Below are positions 7,168 through 18,384 of a stretch of 22,154 bases of DNA, piece after piece; within the stretch, counting starts at the first letter, position 1; every line of letters starts with the position of its first letter. A program made the position numbers and the translations under genes. This DNA is from Nitrospinota bacterium (GTDB lineage Bacteria; UBA8248), in the NCBI GenBank assembly GCA_030754595.1, contig JASLZZ010000072.1, forward strand, positions 1 through 22,154, given 5' to 3'. Below the pieces are notes generated by a model that had not been told where the DNA came from, did no database searches, and saw nothing but the letters and a program-made list of their open reading frames with translations.

Positions 7168-8312
7168 TATTTTTCCACCAGCCGCCGGGCGATGACGACG
7201 CGCTGAATATCGTTTGCGCCCTCCCCCACTTGAAGGAGTATCGCGTCGCGGTAGTAGCGCTCGATGGGCAACTCCTTGATGTAGCCGTAGCCGCCGTGAA
7301 TGTGGATGGCCAACTCCGAGGCCCTTTGGGCGGCGTCGGTGGCGAAAAGCTTGGCCATTCCCGCCTCGAGGTCGCAACGCTCGCCGCTGTCCTTCATGGC
7401 GGCGGCGCGGTAGGTGAGCTGCCGGGCCGCATCGAGCGAGGTGGCCATGTCCGCCAGCTTGAGTTGGACGGCCTGATGCTCCGCGATGGGTTTGCCCATC
7501 GTATGGCGCTGCTGGGCGTATTTGACCGAGGCCTCGAAGCAGGCGCGGTGCAGCCCCAGCGCGCGCGCGGCCACCTGAATGCGGCCCAACTCGAGGGTGG
7601 CCATGAGCTGCTGAAAGCCCCGATTCTCCTCCCCGACGAGACAGGGCGCCGGCGCCCGGCACTCCTCGAAAACAAGCTCCCCGGTCCGGATGCCCTTATA
7701 GCCAAGCTTGTCGAGGTGGCGGCTCACCTGAAGGCCTCCCAGTTCGCGGTCCATCATCAGACAGCTGATGCCGCGGTGGGGCTTGTCGGCGGAAGTGTTC
7801 GTCCGCACCATGACGCCGAAGTGGGTGGCGTGCTCGCTGTTGGTGACGAACATTTTCGAGCCATTGACGACGTATTCGTTTCCCTCGCGGCGGGCCGTGG
7901 TGCGAAGCGCGGCGACGTCCGAGCCCCCGCCCGACTCGGTGATGCCGATTCCGGTGCGCATCTCTCCCGAGGCCAGCTTCGGGAGCCAATCCCGCTTTTG
8001 ATCGTCGCTCCCGAAGCGGGCCACCATCCACGCGACCATCGAGTGCGACCCGATGACGCCCGTCAGGCTCATCCACCCCCGGGCGAGTTCTTCGGTCAGG
8101 ACGGCGAAGCCGAGGGCGTCCATCCCCGCCCCACCGTTTTCCTCGGGGATGACGGCGCCGAAGTAACCCAGCTCCTTCATCCGATCTACAAGCGGGTGGG
8201 GATACTCGTCCTTGTGCTCGAACTCGCTCGCCACGGGGATGACCTCCCGTTCGACAAACTCGCGCACACTGCTCTCGAGGGCACGCTGAAAATCATTTAG
8301 CTGAAAATCCAA
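7155..8312 (-). CDS. acyl-CoA dehydrogenase
   Basis: ITESGGGSD, VNGSKMFVTN, DKLG, YAQQRHTMGKPIAEHQAVQ, IHGGYGY and ERYYRDA..GEGANDIQR; TTG start with GGAGG RBS. Confidence 0.95.
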   Translation of the reverse strand: MDFQLNDFQRALESSVREFVEREVIPVASEFEHKDEYPHPLVDRMKELGYFGAVIPEENGGAGMDALGFAVLTEELARGWMSLTGVIGSHSMVAWMVARFGSDDQKRDWLPKLASGEMRTGIGITESGGGSDVAALRTTARREGNEYVVNGSKMFVTNSEHATHFGVMVRTNTSADKPHRGISCLMMDRELGGLQVSRHLDKLGYKGIRTGELVFEECRAPAPCLVGEENRGFQQLMATLELGRIQVAARALGLHRACFEASVKYAQQRHTMGKPIAEHQAVQLKLADMATSLDAARQLTYRAAAMKDSGERCDLEAGMAKLFATDAAQRASELAIHIHGGYGYIKELPIERYYRDAILLQVGEGANDIQRVVIARRLVEKYPAD

Positions 8313-8363
8313 GCCTCGCCTCCCTTCAAAAAGAGTCCTATTGTCCGCTTCCGGGGCGCTGGC

Positions 8364-8984
8364 CTATTTCGCCGCTCTCGCGACGCCCCTGTACATCTCC
8401 CTCTGAAGCCGGGGGGTCTTGGGCATCCGGAACCGATCGAGATTGAGGATTTTAAACCCCGCATCAAGAATGAACTCGTCAATCCTCCGGTTCATGTTGC
8501 ACCCGCAGCCAAAGGCGCGCAGAAGCGGGTTGAGCCGGTCCTGCCACCGGGCGATTCGCTCGTCCTCGCTCCGGCCGTGCTCCAGGAATATGAACTTCCC
8601 CTCGGACTTCAAGACGCGCGCGGTCTCCCCGAGCGCGCCGGCGAGGTCTGGAATCGTACGAAGCGTCCAGGTGGACACCACGCACTCGAAGCGATTCGAC
8701 TCGAAGGGAAGTTTTTCGGCGCTCAGCGCATGGCGGCTGACGGGGATGTCCACTGCGGCGATCCGCCGCTCGACCCGACGCGGGAGCAGGACCACCGGAT
8801 CGACCATGAACAGGGCCTCCACCGCCTCGGGGTAGTGCGGCAGATTCAATCCGGTGCCGAAACCGAGTTCGAGGACCTCGCCGAAAGCGGAGGCGAGCGC
8901 CCGCTCGCGCTCTTCCCGGAAATTCTCGCCGCCTATGATCCAGTCCATCCCCAGGGGGAAGAGAAATTTCTCGTAAAAACCCAT
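8364..8984 (-). CDS. class I SAM-dependent methyltransferase
   Basis: VLELGFGTGLNLPHY motif I, AEKLPF, RVLKSEGKFIFLEHG and GCNMNR. Start at MGFYEK (8984); 9017 is an alternative. Confidence 0.9.
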   Translation of the reverse strand: MGFYEKFLFPLGMDWIIGGENFREERERALASAFGEVLELGFGTGLNLPHYPEAVEALFMVDPVVLLPRRVERRIAAVDIPVSRHALSAEKLPFESNRFECVVSTWTLRTIPDLAGALGETARVLKSEGKFIFLEHGRSEDERIARWQDRLNPLLRAFGCGCNMNRRIDEFILDAGFKILNLDRFRMPKTPRLQREMYRGVARAAK

Positions 8985-9108
8985 TTTCCGCCCCGCGTCG
9001 AATGAAAAAGCGCCCATATCCCCGCCCGGGCCAGGAATTAGAGCATAAACCGGCCGGTGAAATACGGAAAATGGATTCGCGCGCCGGAAGGGGGCCGCTG
9101 CCGACCAA

Positions 9109-9447
9109 TTACGACAGGGATAATCCGGCGGGCTCCTCGGGAACGAGAAGCCGCTCGACAGGCTCGCCGCGGCTCAGATGGGAGTCCACTATCTCCTCGA
9201 CATCCTCGACCCGCACCCCCGAGTACCAGATATTGTCCGGCATGACGCAAACGATGGGCCCATCCGCGCAAAGGTCGAGACAGCTCGATTCGAGAACGCG
9301 GGCCTTCTCCTTCAATTCTTTTTCGTCAACCAGTTGCTTGAACCGATCGTGCACATTAACCGAGCCGCACCGGGCGCAACTTCCCTTGGGGTGGCCTTCC
9401 TCCCGCTCGTTGGTGCAAACCATCAGATAGCGTTTTTTCGTGTGCAT
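9109..9447 (-). CDS. thioredoxin-like [2Fe-2S] ferredoxin
   Basis: VCTNER..GSC..CLDLCADGP..PDNIWYSGV..DVEEIVDSHL..GEPVERL; GGAGG RBS. Confidence 0.92.
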   Translation of the reverse strand: MHTKKRYLMVCTNEREEGHPKGSCARCGSVNVHDRFKQLVDEKELKEKARVLESSCLDLCADGPIVCVMPDNIWYSGVRVEDVEEIVDSHLSRGEPVERLLVPEEPAGLSLS

Positions 9448-9649
9448 CCAATTGCCTCCTTCGAAGAGTTCATGGTAATGTTATAAGGTCTTTCGGTCTC
9501 CTTTGGTTCCTGGAAGTTACCATCCGGGACGGCGCCCATCAAACCGCCAAAATTAGAGGATCAGACCCATGCGCCGCGACCTGCTCAAACAGTGCTAGAA
9601 TCGGGAAACATATTCAGCTGCTCCGCTTACCAGCAATAAGGACCACCCC

Positions 9650-10483
9650 ATGCCGGCCGAAGAACACGAAGAGTGCCCGAGGGAAGATCGCTCGCGGAAA
9701 GATAACCGGACACCCCTTCCTCCCGAGCGGGTCATTTTTTATCCCACCTGCCTGGTGGACAGCTATTTTCCCGGCGTGGGAGAGGCGGCCGTTCACCTCA
9801 TCGAGCGCACGGGCACGGAGGTCGTCGTCCCCGCGGGCCTAACCTGCTGCGCCGTGCCGCACTTCAACAACGGCTACCGGACGGAGGCTCGCAAAACGCT
9901 CGAGGCGCAAATGGACATTCTCGCCGGAGAAGACCCGATTATCGTTCCCTCGGGCTCGTGCGGCTGGATGCTCCATAGCGTCCTCCCCACTCTTTTTCCC
10001 GGCGACCCTTGGCGGCGCGGCCGGGCCGAGCAAATTTCCGGGCGCGTTTACGAGCTTTCCCAGTATCTCGTCCGCTTCACCGGGACCGGCGGCGAGCCAC
10101 GCCTGCCGGGCTGCACCGTCTACCACGATTCGTGCCACCTCCTGCGCGGGCTGGGGGAGCGGGAGGTCCCGCGCCGCCTTCTCGAGGACGCCTGCGAGCG
10201 CCGGGAGGAGATGGCGAGGGCGGACCGGTGCTGCGGATTCGGCGGAAGTTTCGCCGTGAAATATCCCGACGTTTCCTGCGCTATGCTCGATGAGAAAATC
10301 AGGTCGGCCGAGAAGGCGGGAGCCGACTGGATAGTGGCGGCCGACGCCGGATGCATGCTCCAGATCGGGGGTGGGCTCGCGCGGCGAGGATCCGGAATCA
10401 AGCTTCTTCATTTGGCCCAAGCGCTCGCCGGGCCGGGCGCCCCCGGCTGGCCCGGCGGTGCCACCACGGGCGGCGCGCTATGA
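9650..10483 (+). CDS. lutA: L-lactate utilization protein A (CCG-domain Fe-S subunit, LutA/LldE)
   Basis: TCLVD, TCC, PSGSC, YHDSCH, CCGFGGSF and DAGCMLQIGG. The stop overlaps the next start (ATGA). Confidence 0.85.
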   Translation: MPAEEHEECPREDRSRKDNRTPLPPERVIFYPTCLVDSYFPGVGEAAVHLIERTGTEVVVPAGLTCCAVPHFNNGYRTEARKTLEAQMDILAGEDPIIVPSGSCGWMLHSVLPTLFPGDPWRRGRAEQISGRVYELSQYLVRFTGTGGEPRLPGCTVYHDSCHLLRGLGEREVPRRLLEDACERREEMARADRCCGFGGSFAVKYPDVSCAMLDEKIRSAEKAGADWIVAADAGCMLQIGGGLARRGSGIKLLHLAQALAGPGAPGWPGGATTGGAL

Positions 10484-12645
10484 AATCCCCCTTTAACCGC
10501 CGGGCCGCCTCCGCCCTCGCGGACCCTGGTCTCCAGGAGGCGCTCCAAGTCGCCACCTCCAGATTCGGCGACCTGAGAAAGCAGGCTTTCGATTCCACGG
10601 CCGCCCCCCTCGCCCTCCGCGCCCGAGCCCGGGAGATTCGCCGCCGCACATTCGAAGATCTCAACCTTCACCTCGACACCCTTTTCTCAAACCTCTCCCG
10701 CCTCGGGGTCCATGTTCACTCCGCCGCCGACGCCAGCGAGGCCGACAAAATCATCCTCGGAATCGCACGCCGCCGCGGCGTCAAAACCGTGGTCAAGAGC
10801 AAGTCCATGGCGTCAGAGGAAATTCATCTTAACGCGGCCCTCGAGGCCGCCGGAATCACCCCGTTCGAGACCGATCTGGGCGAGTGGATTCTCCAGCTCG
10901 CGGGCGAGGTGCCCAGCCACCTCGTCGCCCCCGCGCTCCACAAAACCCGGGAGCAGGTGGCAAGGCTCTTCGCCGAGAAGGTAGACCCGCATATCGGGGA
11001 CGACCCCCGCGACCTCACCGCGGCCGCCCGGAGGCGACTCAGGAAGGAATTCCTCCGCGCCGATATGGGGGTGAGCGGCGTTAATTTCGCCATCGCCGAG
11101 ACGGGAACCCTCTGCCTCGTCACAAACGAGGGGAATGCCCGCCTCGTCACGACGCTCCCCAAGGTCCACGTCGCCATCATGGGCATAGAGAAAGTGGTTC
11201 CCACCCTCGCCGAGGCGCTCACCCTCCTCGCCGTCCTCCCCCGCAGCGCGACCGGCGAGAAGCTGACCAGTTATTTCACGATGCTGACGGGTCCTCGAAA
11301 GAAGGCCGAGGCGGACGGCCCCGAGGAGATGCATCTCGTCGTCCTCGACAACGGCCGCTCACGGCATCTCGGCGGGCCGTTTCACGAAGCCTTCTATTGC
11401 ATCCGCTGCGGGTCCTGCCAGAACGCCTGCCCGGTATTCCAGAGCGTGGGGGGCCACGCCTACGATTCCGTCTACGGCGGACCCATCGGCTCGATACTCA
11501 GCCCGATGCTGCGCGGGCTTGAGACCTCGGGAGAGCTTTCCGCCGCCTCGAGTCTCTGCGGGGCCTGCCAGGAGGCCTGTCCCGTCTTCGTCGATATTCC
11601 GCGAATGCTGATCGAAATGCGCGAAGCCCGCGTCGCCCAGCGCGCCACACCCATGCCCGAGCGCGCGGCCTTTCGCCTCGCCGCTTGGGCCATGCACACC
11701 CCCTTCGTTTGGGATCTGGGGGTGAAGCTCCTTCCGCGCCTCCTCGGGCCGCTGGTAAAACGCAGAAAGGCAAGATGGCTCCCGAATCCAGCGGGGGCCT
11801 GGCTAAAGGGGCGCGATTTTCCCCCAGCCCCGCCGAAAAGCTTCAGGAGCATATGGAAGGAGCGCCAACGAGACACGAAACGGCCAGCCTCCCGCGCCGC
11901 GGATCGCCCAGCCGAAACACACGGCGGGAAGTCCGTCGATCGCGCCCGCCGTCTCCTCTCGATTTCGAAGGGAATCTCCCACGCCCCAGCCACCCCGACT
12001 CCCGGTCCGTTGCCCGAGGTGGAGGTGCCGGACCCGGCGGCGAGATTCTGCGAGGAATTCGAGGCCGCCGGCGGCCGGGCCCACCGGCCGGAATCAATGG
12101 AGGCGGCAAGGGGGATCGTTCTCGAACTCTTCCGGCGCTTTTCGGACCGTCCCGCGGTGATGAGCGAGGGGCTTACGCTCGCTGCCGCCAACTGGCTCCG
12201 GGAAGATGGCGCCGAAATCCTTCCTCTTTCTCAGGCAGGAGATGACTGCCGTGGGGAGATCTCCAAAGCGGGCCTGGGGATCACCGGCTGCGACTGGGCG
12301 ATCGCCGAGACGGGAACCGTCATTCTCACGAGCGGGCCCCACCGGCCGCGCCTCTACTCTTTATTGCCGGAGGTGCATCTCGTCCTCGTCCCTGAGGAAA
12401 GGATCGTCCCCCATCTCTCCGCCGCCTCCCCGCTCATCCGGGATGCGCTGGCGGGCAGCGGCGAGTCGCCCAGCTGCGTGAGCCTCATCACCGGCCCCAG
12501 CCGCTCGGCCGACATCGGCCTCACCCTTGTCACCGGCGTCCACGGGCCCTGTGAGATACACGCGATCCTTGTGCCCGAAAAGCTGAACCTCTCCCCCGGG
12601 CTCGTCGCGGAGGAAACCTCTCCCTTCTCCATCGAGGAAGAATAA
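10480..12645 (+). CDS. lutB: LutB/LldF Fe-S protein fused to a C-terminal LutC/LldG (LUD) domain, 721 aa
   Basis: KSKSMASEEI, ETDLGEWI, PSHLVAPALH, NEGN, CIRCGSCQNACP and SSLCGACQEACP. After SFRSIWKER the frame continues into AIAETGTV, SLLPEVH and ITGPSRSADI..LVTGVHGP. Confidence 0.88.
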   Translation: MKSPFNRRAASALADPGLQEALQVATSRFGDLRKQAFDSTAAPLALRARAREIRRRTFEDLNLHLDTLFSNLSRLGVHVHSAADASEADKIILGIARRRGVKTVVKSKSMASEEIHLNAALEAAGITPFETDLGEWILQLAGEVPSHLVAPALHKTREQVARLFAEKVDPHIGDDPRDLTAAARRRLRKEFLRADMGVSGVNFAIAETGTLCLVTNEGNARLVTTLPKVHVAIMGIEKVVPTLAEALTLLAVLPRSATGEKLTSYFTMLTGPRKKAEADGPEEMHLVVLDNGRSRHLGGPFHEAFYCIRCGSCQNACPVFQSVGGHAYDSVYGGPIGSILSPMLRGLETSGELSAASSLCGACQEACPVFVDIPRMLIEMREARVAQRATPMPERAAFRLAAWAMHTPFVWDLGVKLLPRLLGPLVKRRKARWLPNPAGAWLKGRDFPPAPPKSFRSIWKERQRDTKRPASRAADRPAETHGGKSVDRARRLLSISKGISHAPATPTPGPLPEVEVPDPAARFCEEFEAAGGRAHRPESMEAARGIVLELFRRFSDRPAVMSEGLTLAAANWLREDGAEILPLSQAGDDCRGEISKAGLGITGCDWAIAETGTVILTSGPHRPRLYSLLPEVHLVLVPEERIVPHLSAASPLIRDALAGSGESPSCVSLITGPSRSADIGLTLVTGVHGPCEIHAILVPEKLNLSPGLVAEETSPFSIEEE

Positions 12646-12703
12646 TCGCCCGTGCGGCGCCGGCCGATGGACTTGCCGAGATCAAACTTAAACTCAAACC
12701 GAA

Positions 12704-12741
12704 AAAAGCCCCCGGACCATTTTTCCGATCCGGGGGCTTTT
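12704..12741. terminator. bidirectional intrinsic terminator between the convergent lutBC and glnA
   Basis: AAAAGCCCCCGGA..TCCGGGGGCTTTT, a perfect stem with A and T tails. Confidence 0.85.
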
Positions 12742-12789
12742 GCACCGTCGCGCTGACCTGGAGGGCCGCTGGCCTGCGAGGCGGCGCTC

Positions 12790-14250
12790 CTAGATGTCGT
12801 AGTAGAGCTCGAATTCGTGGGGATGCGGGCGAAGCCGCACGGCGTCCACCTCGACCTCGCGCTTGTATTCGATCCAGTTCTCGATCATGTCCTTCGAGAA
12901 GACGTCTCCCTTGAGGAGGAAGTCGTGGTCCGCCTCGAGGGCGTCGAGCGCCTCGGGGAGGCTCCCCGGCGTCTGCATCACGCCAGCTTTCTCCTCGGGA
13001 GCGAGATCGTAGAGGTCCTTATCGACCGGATCGGGCGGCAGGGTCTTGCTCTGGACACCGTCGAGACCCGCCATGAGCATGGCCGAAAACGCGAGGTAGG
13101 GGTTGCAGGAGGGGTCCGGGCAACGAAATTCGACCCGCTTGGCCTTTTCACTGTGCGAGTACATCGGGATGCGCACGCAGGCGCTCCGGTTCCGGCACGA
13201 GTAGATGAGGTTGATCGGGGCCTCGTAGCCCGGAACGAGCCGGCGGTAGCTGTTCGTCGTTGGGTTGGTGAGAGCCAGGAGCGCCGGGGCGTGCTTGAGC
13301 AGGCCTCCGATGTAATAAAGCGCCGTCTGACTCAGGTCGCCGTAGGTACCCGCCTGGAAGAACTGGTTCTTTCCCTTCTTCCAGATGCTCTGGTGGGTGT
13401 GCATCCCCGTGCCGTTGTCCATGAAGATGGGCTTGGGCATGAAGGTGGCCGTCTTGCCGTGGCGGTGGGCGATGTTTTTCACGACGTATTTGTACTTCAT
13501 CAACTTGTCCGCCGTGATGAGGAGCTTGTCGAAGCGGATATCGATTTCGCCCTGCCCGGCGCTGCCCACCTCGTGGTGGTGAACCTCGGTTTCAATTCCC
13601 ATATCCAGCATCGTCAGCATCATCTCGGAGCGAATGTCCTGGAAGGTATCCGACGGGGGCGTCGGAAAGTATCCCTCCTTGTAGCGCAGTTTGTGGCCCA
13701 GGTTGGGGCCCTCGTCGGAGCCCGTGTTCCACGCCGCCTCGACCGAATCCACCTCGTAGAAGGCGTGATTCTCGGCCTGGTTGAAGCGTACATCGTCGAA
13801 AACGAAAAACTCCGCCTCGGGGCCGAAGTAGGCGACGTCGCCGACTCCGGTCGTGTTGAGATAGCGCTCGGCCTTCATGGCGATGTGGCGCGGATCGCGC
13901 CCGTAGAGCTCTAGCGTGACCGGATCCTTGATGTCGCAAATCAACACCAGCGTCGGAATTTCCAGGAAGGGATCGATGAACGCCGTGTCCGGGTCCGGCA
14001 TCAGGAGCATGTCGCTCTCGTCGATGCTCTGGAAACCCCGGATGCTCGATCCGTCGAAACCGACGCCTTCCGCGAAGGTCTCCGGCTCCAAAGTCCCGAT
14101 CGGGGATGAAAAATGCTGCCACATGCCGGGCATGTCGGTGAAGCGGTAGTCCACGATCTTGGCTCCGCTGTCCTTGGCCAGTTTGAGAACCTTGGAGACG
14201 GAGCTTCCGCCTCCTCCTTTCGAAGAAGCCTTTTTCGATCTCGTCGCCAT
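12790..14250 (-). CDS. glnA: glutamine synthetase type I (GSI-beta)
   Basis: [64 protein letters not shown] and adenylylation-site DLYDL. Start at ATG 14250 after GAGGGG. Confidence 0.97.
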   Translation of the reverse strand: MATRSKKASSKGGGGSSVSKVLKLAKDSGAKIVDYRFTDMPGMWQHFSSPIGTLEPETFAEGVGFDGSSIRGFQSIDESDMLLMPDPDTAFIDPFLEIPTLVLICDIKDPVTLELYGRDPRHIAMKAERYLNTTGVGDVAYFGPEAEFFVFDDVRFNQAENHAFYEVDSVEAAWNTGSDEGPNLGHKLRYKEGYFPTPPSDTFQDIRSEMMLTMLDMGIETEVHHHEVGSAGQGEIDIRFDKLLITADKLMKYKYVVKNIAHRHGKTATFMPKPIFMDNGTGMHTHQSIWKKGKNQFFQAGTYGDLSQTALYYIGGLLKHAPALLALTNPTTNSYRRLVPGYEAPINLIYSCRNRSACVRIPMYSHSEKAKRVEFRCPDPSCNPYLAFSAMLMAGLDGVQSKTLPPDPVDKDLYDLAPEEKAGVMQTPGSLPEALDALEADHDFLLKGDVFSKDMIENWIEYKREVEVDAVRLRPHPHEFELYYDI

Positions 14251-14341
14251 TGATTCAACCCCTCTCGATAAAGGAACACAAAAGTGTCCGCTAAAAAAAT
14301 TCACAAGAACCGGCTTCGGGGAAATCGGACCCCTCGGGCTC

Positions 14342-17080
14342 TTAAAAAGACGCTGCTTGCTCGGTTACTTCCTCGGCGAGCTCATGGGTCAGAATCTTGC
14401 ACAACTCCCCGAGCCTTTCCTTGTCCTCGATCTTCCGCCCATCGGAGTCCGTCACGTAAAATACATCGACGGCCCGGAGGCCCTCGGTTGAAATCTTCGC
14501 CCTCGATATGGATACGTCCTCCTCCGCCAAGCGCCCCGAAATCTGCGCCAGAAGCCCGTGGCGGTCGGCGGTGATGACTTCGATTACCGTGTCGTCGTCG
14601 CTCGCCGTCAGGTCGTATTCCACCAGCGTGGGAATCTCGAAATGCACCTTTGGTTTCGGATGGCGTATCGTCTTGTTCTTCTCCATCAATTCTTCGATGG
14701 CGATTTTGCCCGATAGAAGTTCCTCGAGGAATTTCTCGACTTTTTTCCACAAGGCGTTGTCGGTGACGGCCTTCCCCTCCGAGTCGACCACGATAAAGGA
14801 ATCAACCACCAAACCCCCGGAGTCCGTATAGGCCTTCGCCTCGAGGATCTTGATATGAAAAGAAGCGAGCGTCGTGGCGATGATGCCGAACAGGCCGAGC
14901 CGGTCGGGGCACACCAGCGTCAGGAGCGTGTTCCCCAGCCGCCGCCGATGGGTCACATCCATCACAAAAAACCTGTCCTCTCCCAGTTTCTCGCTCATTT
15001 CGATCTGGTGGAGGATATCCTGCGGCGCGGTTCCGAGCCGGTAGCGCTCGGGCATTCTCTCCAAATGCTCGAGGATCAGCGAAGTCCCCACTTTACTCAC
15101 CGCCGCCCGCGCCTCGAGGCACACCTGGTTTCCGATATCATCGAGACGCTTTTTCCGGGAGACGGCCTCGCCCGACTCCATGACGCGCAGCGTGCGCCGG
15201 TACAGCTCGAACAAGAGCGTGCCGCGCCATTCGTTCCAGATTCCCGGAGCCACGGCGTTGATATCCCCGTAGCTTAGCAAATAAAGCATCTTGAGTTGCT
15301 CCACGGTCTCCATTTTTTCGGCAAACCGCTCGATCTGGGCCGGATCATCGATGTCTCGCCGCTCCGAGATATGCGACATCTCCATATGGTTGGCGACCAG
15401 AAATTCCAACACCCTGCCCTCGTCGGCTGGAAGACCCAGCCGCACCGTGACGCCCGGAAGGGCGGCCGCGCTACGGTGATCGTGGCGGCCCCCCCGCGCC
15501 TTGCCAATGTCGTGGAACAACATCGCCAGGCGGAGTATGTGGCCCCGCTCCATTTCTCTGTGCATATGGGCCAGTTCCTGAAGGGGCATTTCCTTTGTAT
15601 AGGCCAATTCGTCCAAAAACTGGACCGCGAGGAGGGTGTGCTCGTCCACCGTATAACGGTGGTAGTGGTCGAGTTGAACGAAACAGGTGAGTTCGCCGAA
15701 CTCGGGGATATAGCGGCCCAGGACACCGAGGCCATGCATCTCCTGAAGCGTACGGGCGACGCCGGCCTTCCCTTCTAGAATCCGGAAAAAACAGTCCTTC
15801 ACCTCGGGTGAGGAGCGGAAATCGTCGTCCACGGTGTCCAGATGGGTCCGAACGAAATTCCGAATCTCCGCCGAAAGACCGCAACTAAAACGGTAGTGAA
15901 GCTCGAAAATACGCATCAACCCCCCGGGGTGGTCCAGAATCTCGGCCTCCGGCCCATCGGTCACTAAAGAGTGATAATCCCGGAGCGCCAGTCCGCCCCC
16001 GAGTTTTTCTATCCGCGGCCGGCGTTTGGCCCAACCCCTCCTTTTCAGGTCTTCCTCGAGACTCTCGAAGAAGTCCTGGCAAAATCGATGCATCGTTCGG
16101 GCCCGCATGAAATAGTCCCGCATCAGCGCCTCGCTCGCCATGGCGTTTTCACTGTCACCGTAGCCAAGCACGGGAGCGACATCCACTTGGGCCTGAAAGG
16201 TCAACATATCGTTTTTCGACCCCGATTGGTTGTGAAGCTGCGTCCTGATGCGAAGCAGAAAATCATAAGCTTCGCAGGCCCGGGCGCAATCCACTTCGGG
16301 AACCCACCCCTTTTGTGCGATTCCCTTGAGATTTTCCGCACCGTAGGCTCGCGCAAGCCAGAGGACGGCATGCATATCCCGAAGCCCGCCGGCGCTCTCC
16401 TTGATGTTGGGCTCCTGTACGTAGACCGATGGATCCCACGATCGGTAACGTTCACCGAGTTCCCGAAGTCTCCGCCTTAGGTGAGAGCTCTTGCTCACAC
16501 GCTTGAGGTAGGAATCGAACCGCTTGTTAAACTCCGCGAACACCATTTTATCGCCCGCGATCAAGCGGTTTTCGAGCATGGAAGTTTCGCTCTGATAGTC
16601 CTCGCGTGCGATCCGAAGACACTCGGTGATGGTCCGCGCGCTGTGACCGATATCGAGACCGGCGTCCCACAGCAGATAAAGAATCACCCGCACGAGACGG
16701 CTATCCCCGGAGGACCGCTTCGGAAAGACAAACATCAGATCGATGTCCGAACCCGGTGAAAGCTCCCCCCGGCCGTAACCGCCGATGGCCACCATAGCGC
16801 ACGTGAAATCGGCTCCCGACGCACCGGCCTCGCTATCGAGGTCGCTGACCCCGTGTCCCCATATCTGACTGAGAAGGGCGTCTATGAAAACGGCTCTTGC
16901 CTCGCAGAGTTCGCTTCCGCCCGCGCCTTCTAAATGGGCGTCGGCGAGAATCTGGCTCCCACGGGCGAAGGATTCCTTGATATGGCGCAGGAACGCCTCC
17001 CGCTCCCAGCGGCTAGCCGCAGGAACAGCCTCTAGTAATTCTGTATTCAGTTCGAATAGAAGACGAAGGGACTGAGCCAT
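14342..17080 (-). CDS. glnD: [protein-PII] uridylyltransferase/uridylyl-removing enzyme
   Basis: [43 protein letters not shown] (HD domain) and two ACT domains (DRLGLF, DRHGLL); 912 aa. Confidence 0.96.
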   Translation of the reverse strand: MAQSLRLLFELNTELLEAVPAASRWEREAFLRHIKESFARGSQILADAHLEGAGGSELCEARAVFIDALLSQIWGHGVSDLDSEAGASGADFTCAMVAIGGYGRGELSPGSDIDLMFVFPKRSSGDSRLVRVILYLLWDAGLDIGHSARTITECLRIAREDYQSETSMLENRLIAGDKMVFAEFNKRFDSYLKRVSKSSHLRRRLRELGERYRSWDPSVYVQEPNIKESAGGLRDMHAVLWLARAYGAENLKGIAQKGWVPEVDCARACEAYDFLLRIRTQLHNQSGSKNDMLTFQAQVDVAPVLGYGDSENAMASEALMRDYFMRARTMHRFCQDFFESLEEDLKRRGWAKRRPRIEKLGGGLALRDYHSLVTDGPEAEILDHPGGLMRIFELHYRFSCGLSAEIRNFVRTHLDTVDDDFRSSPEVKDCFFRILEGKAGVARTLQEMHGLGVLGRYIPEFGELTCFVQLDHYHRYTVDEHTLLAVQFLDELAYTKEMPLQELAHMHREMERGHILRLAMLFHDIGKARGGRHDHRSAAALPGVTVRLGLPADEGRVLEFLVANHMEMSHISERRDIDDPAQIERFAEKMETVEQLKMLYLLSYGDINAVAPGIWNEWRGTLLFELYRRTLRVMESGEAVSRKKRLDDIGNQVCLEARAAVSKVGTSLILEHLERMPERYRLGTAPQDILHQIEMSEKLGEDRFFVMDVTHRRRLGNTLLTLVCPDRLGLFGIIATTLASFHIKILEAKAYTDSGGLVVDSFIVVDSEGKAVTDNALWKKVEKFLEELLSGKIAIEELMEKNKTIRHPKPKVHFEIPTLVEYDLTASDDDTVIEVITADRHGLLAQISGRLAEEDVSISRAKISTEGLRAVDVFYVTDSDGRKIEDKERLGELCKILTHELAEEVTEQAASF

Positions 17081-17092
17081 GAGATGAAGCGC

Positions 17093-17510
<418 letters not shown>

Positions 17511-17820
17511 ACAAGCCGCTAGCGTTTCAATCGCCGAACCAACCATTATTCAGATTATTACATTTGCTATGTTTCGGCGATGTTTCGTGGTTGTTACTTG
17601 GCCATTAAATCCTGGGAGACCGTGCGGGAGGCGGATTCAAATCCCCTAATATCCCTAATTACAACGAGAATTCCGATTCGGCCGGGCCGCCATGGGCTAC
17701 GTTTTCCCTCGCCCCGGGACTTGATTCCAGGGGGTGAATCGCCTAGACTCGCCCGCTCGTGGGGCTGAAACGGCGGCCTCAGGGGAGTTCAGTCAATCCT
17801 TGCGACGAGGGACAAGAAAA

Positions 17821-18141
17821 ATGGAGTGCACGCTGCTCGAGAGACCCGTTGAATGTCATTTCGCCCAGCGGGGAGACAATGGCTCCAATCACTGTGGCTA
17901 CAACGGGACAAGCTGTTTACCCGTTGTGGAAGAGTGCCTTAGCGGCGACGAAGAGAAGCCCTGCTCCTACATCCAGGAACTTCCCAAAGGGAAATACTGC
18001 ACCAAGTTCCCCAACCCGGAAAACCGCTGGGCACGGGGACGCTGCCCCTTGGCTACCCACATCAAAATGGACTTCGCCGCTCCCCTCGAGAAGAAACTGA
18101 ACCCGCTCAAGGCGTCCAAGCGGGCCGCCCGCGGAGGCTGA
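17821..18141 (+). CDS. PxxKW-family-like cysteine-rich small protein (106 aa)
   Basis: 8 Cys, C.PVVEEC, YC..FPNPENRW..GRCPLATH and a basic tail KKLNPLKASKR; GAGG RBS; followed by a terminator. Confidence 0.85.
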   Translation: MECTLLERPVECHFAQRGDNGSNHCGYNGTSCLPVVEECLSGDEEKPCSYIQELPKGKYCTKFPNPENRWARGRCPLATHIKMDFAAPLEKKLNPLKASKRAARGG

Positions 18142-18175
18142 TTCCCCGCCTCCCTGCAATTCCGAAATTCAAACC

Positions 18176-18216
18176 TCCCCCTTCGTTCGGCCTGGGCCGG
18201 CGGAGGGGGATTTTTT
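18176..18216 (+). terminator. intrinsic terminator
   Basis: TCCCCCTTCG..GGCC/GGCC..CGGAGGGGGA stem followed by a T6 run. Confidence 0.75.
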
Positions 18217-18384
18217 CATCCCCAGCACTTCTCCTCTCCTCAAAAAAAACACCGGAAAAATTCCGGCGCCCCTTAAATCCAACATCCGCCCCGTGCCCCG
18301 GCGGGGTTACCGTGCTCCGGCGGAGTTCACGAGCCCTGACAGGAACTTGTTCATCCCCGCCCCGGCAGAGACCCTCCCGCCTCT

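Noticed and set aside
7230..8300. Long antisense or shadow ORFs (e.g. 7230..8300 +, 3868..4887 -, 12817..13914 +, 18769..19674 +, 402..998 +)
   Set aside because: They overlap well-supported genes on the opposite strand and have no recognisable motifs. Such frames are expected from high-GC codon bias.
17690..17820. Possible riboswitch upstream of the Cys-rich gene, or a glutamine riboswitch near the gln genes
   Set aside because: The region is GC-rich and foldable, but I could not match any known aptamer consensus. An Rfam scan would be needed.
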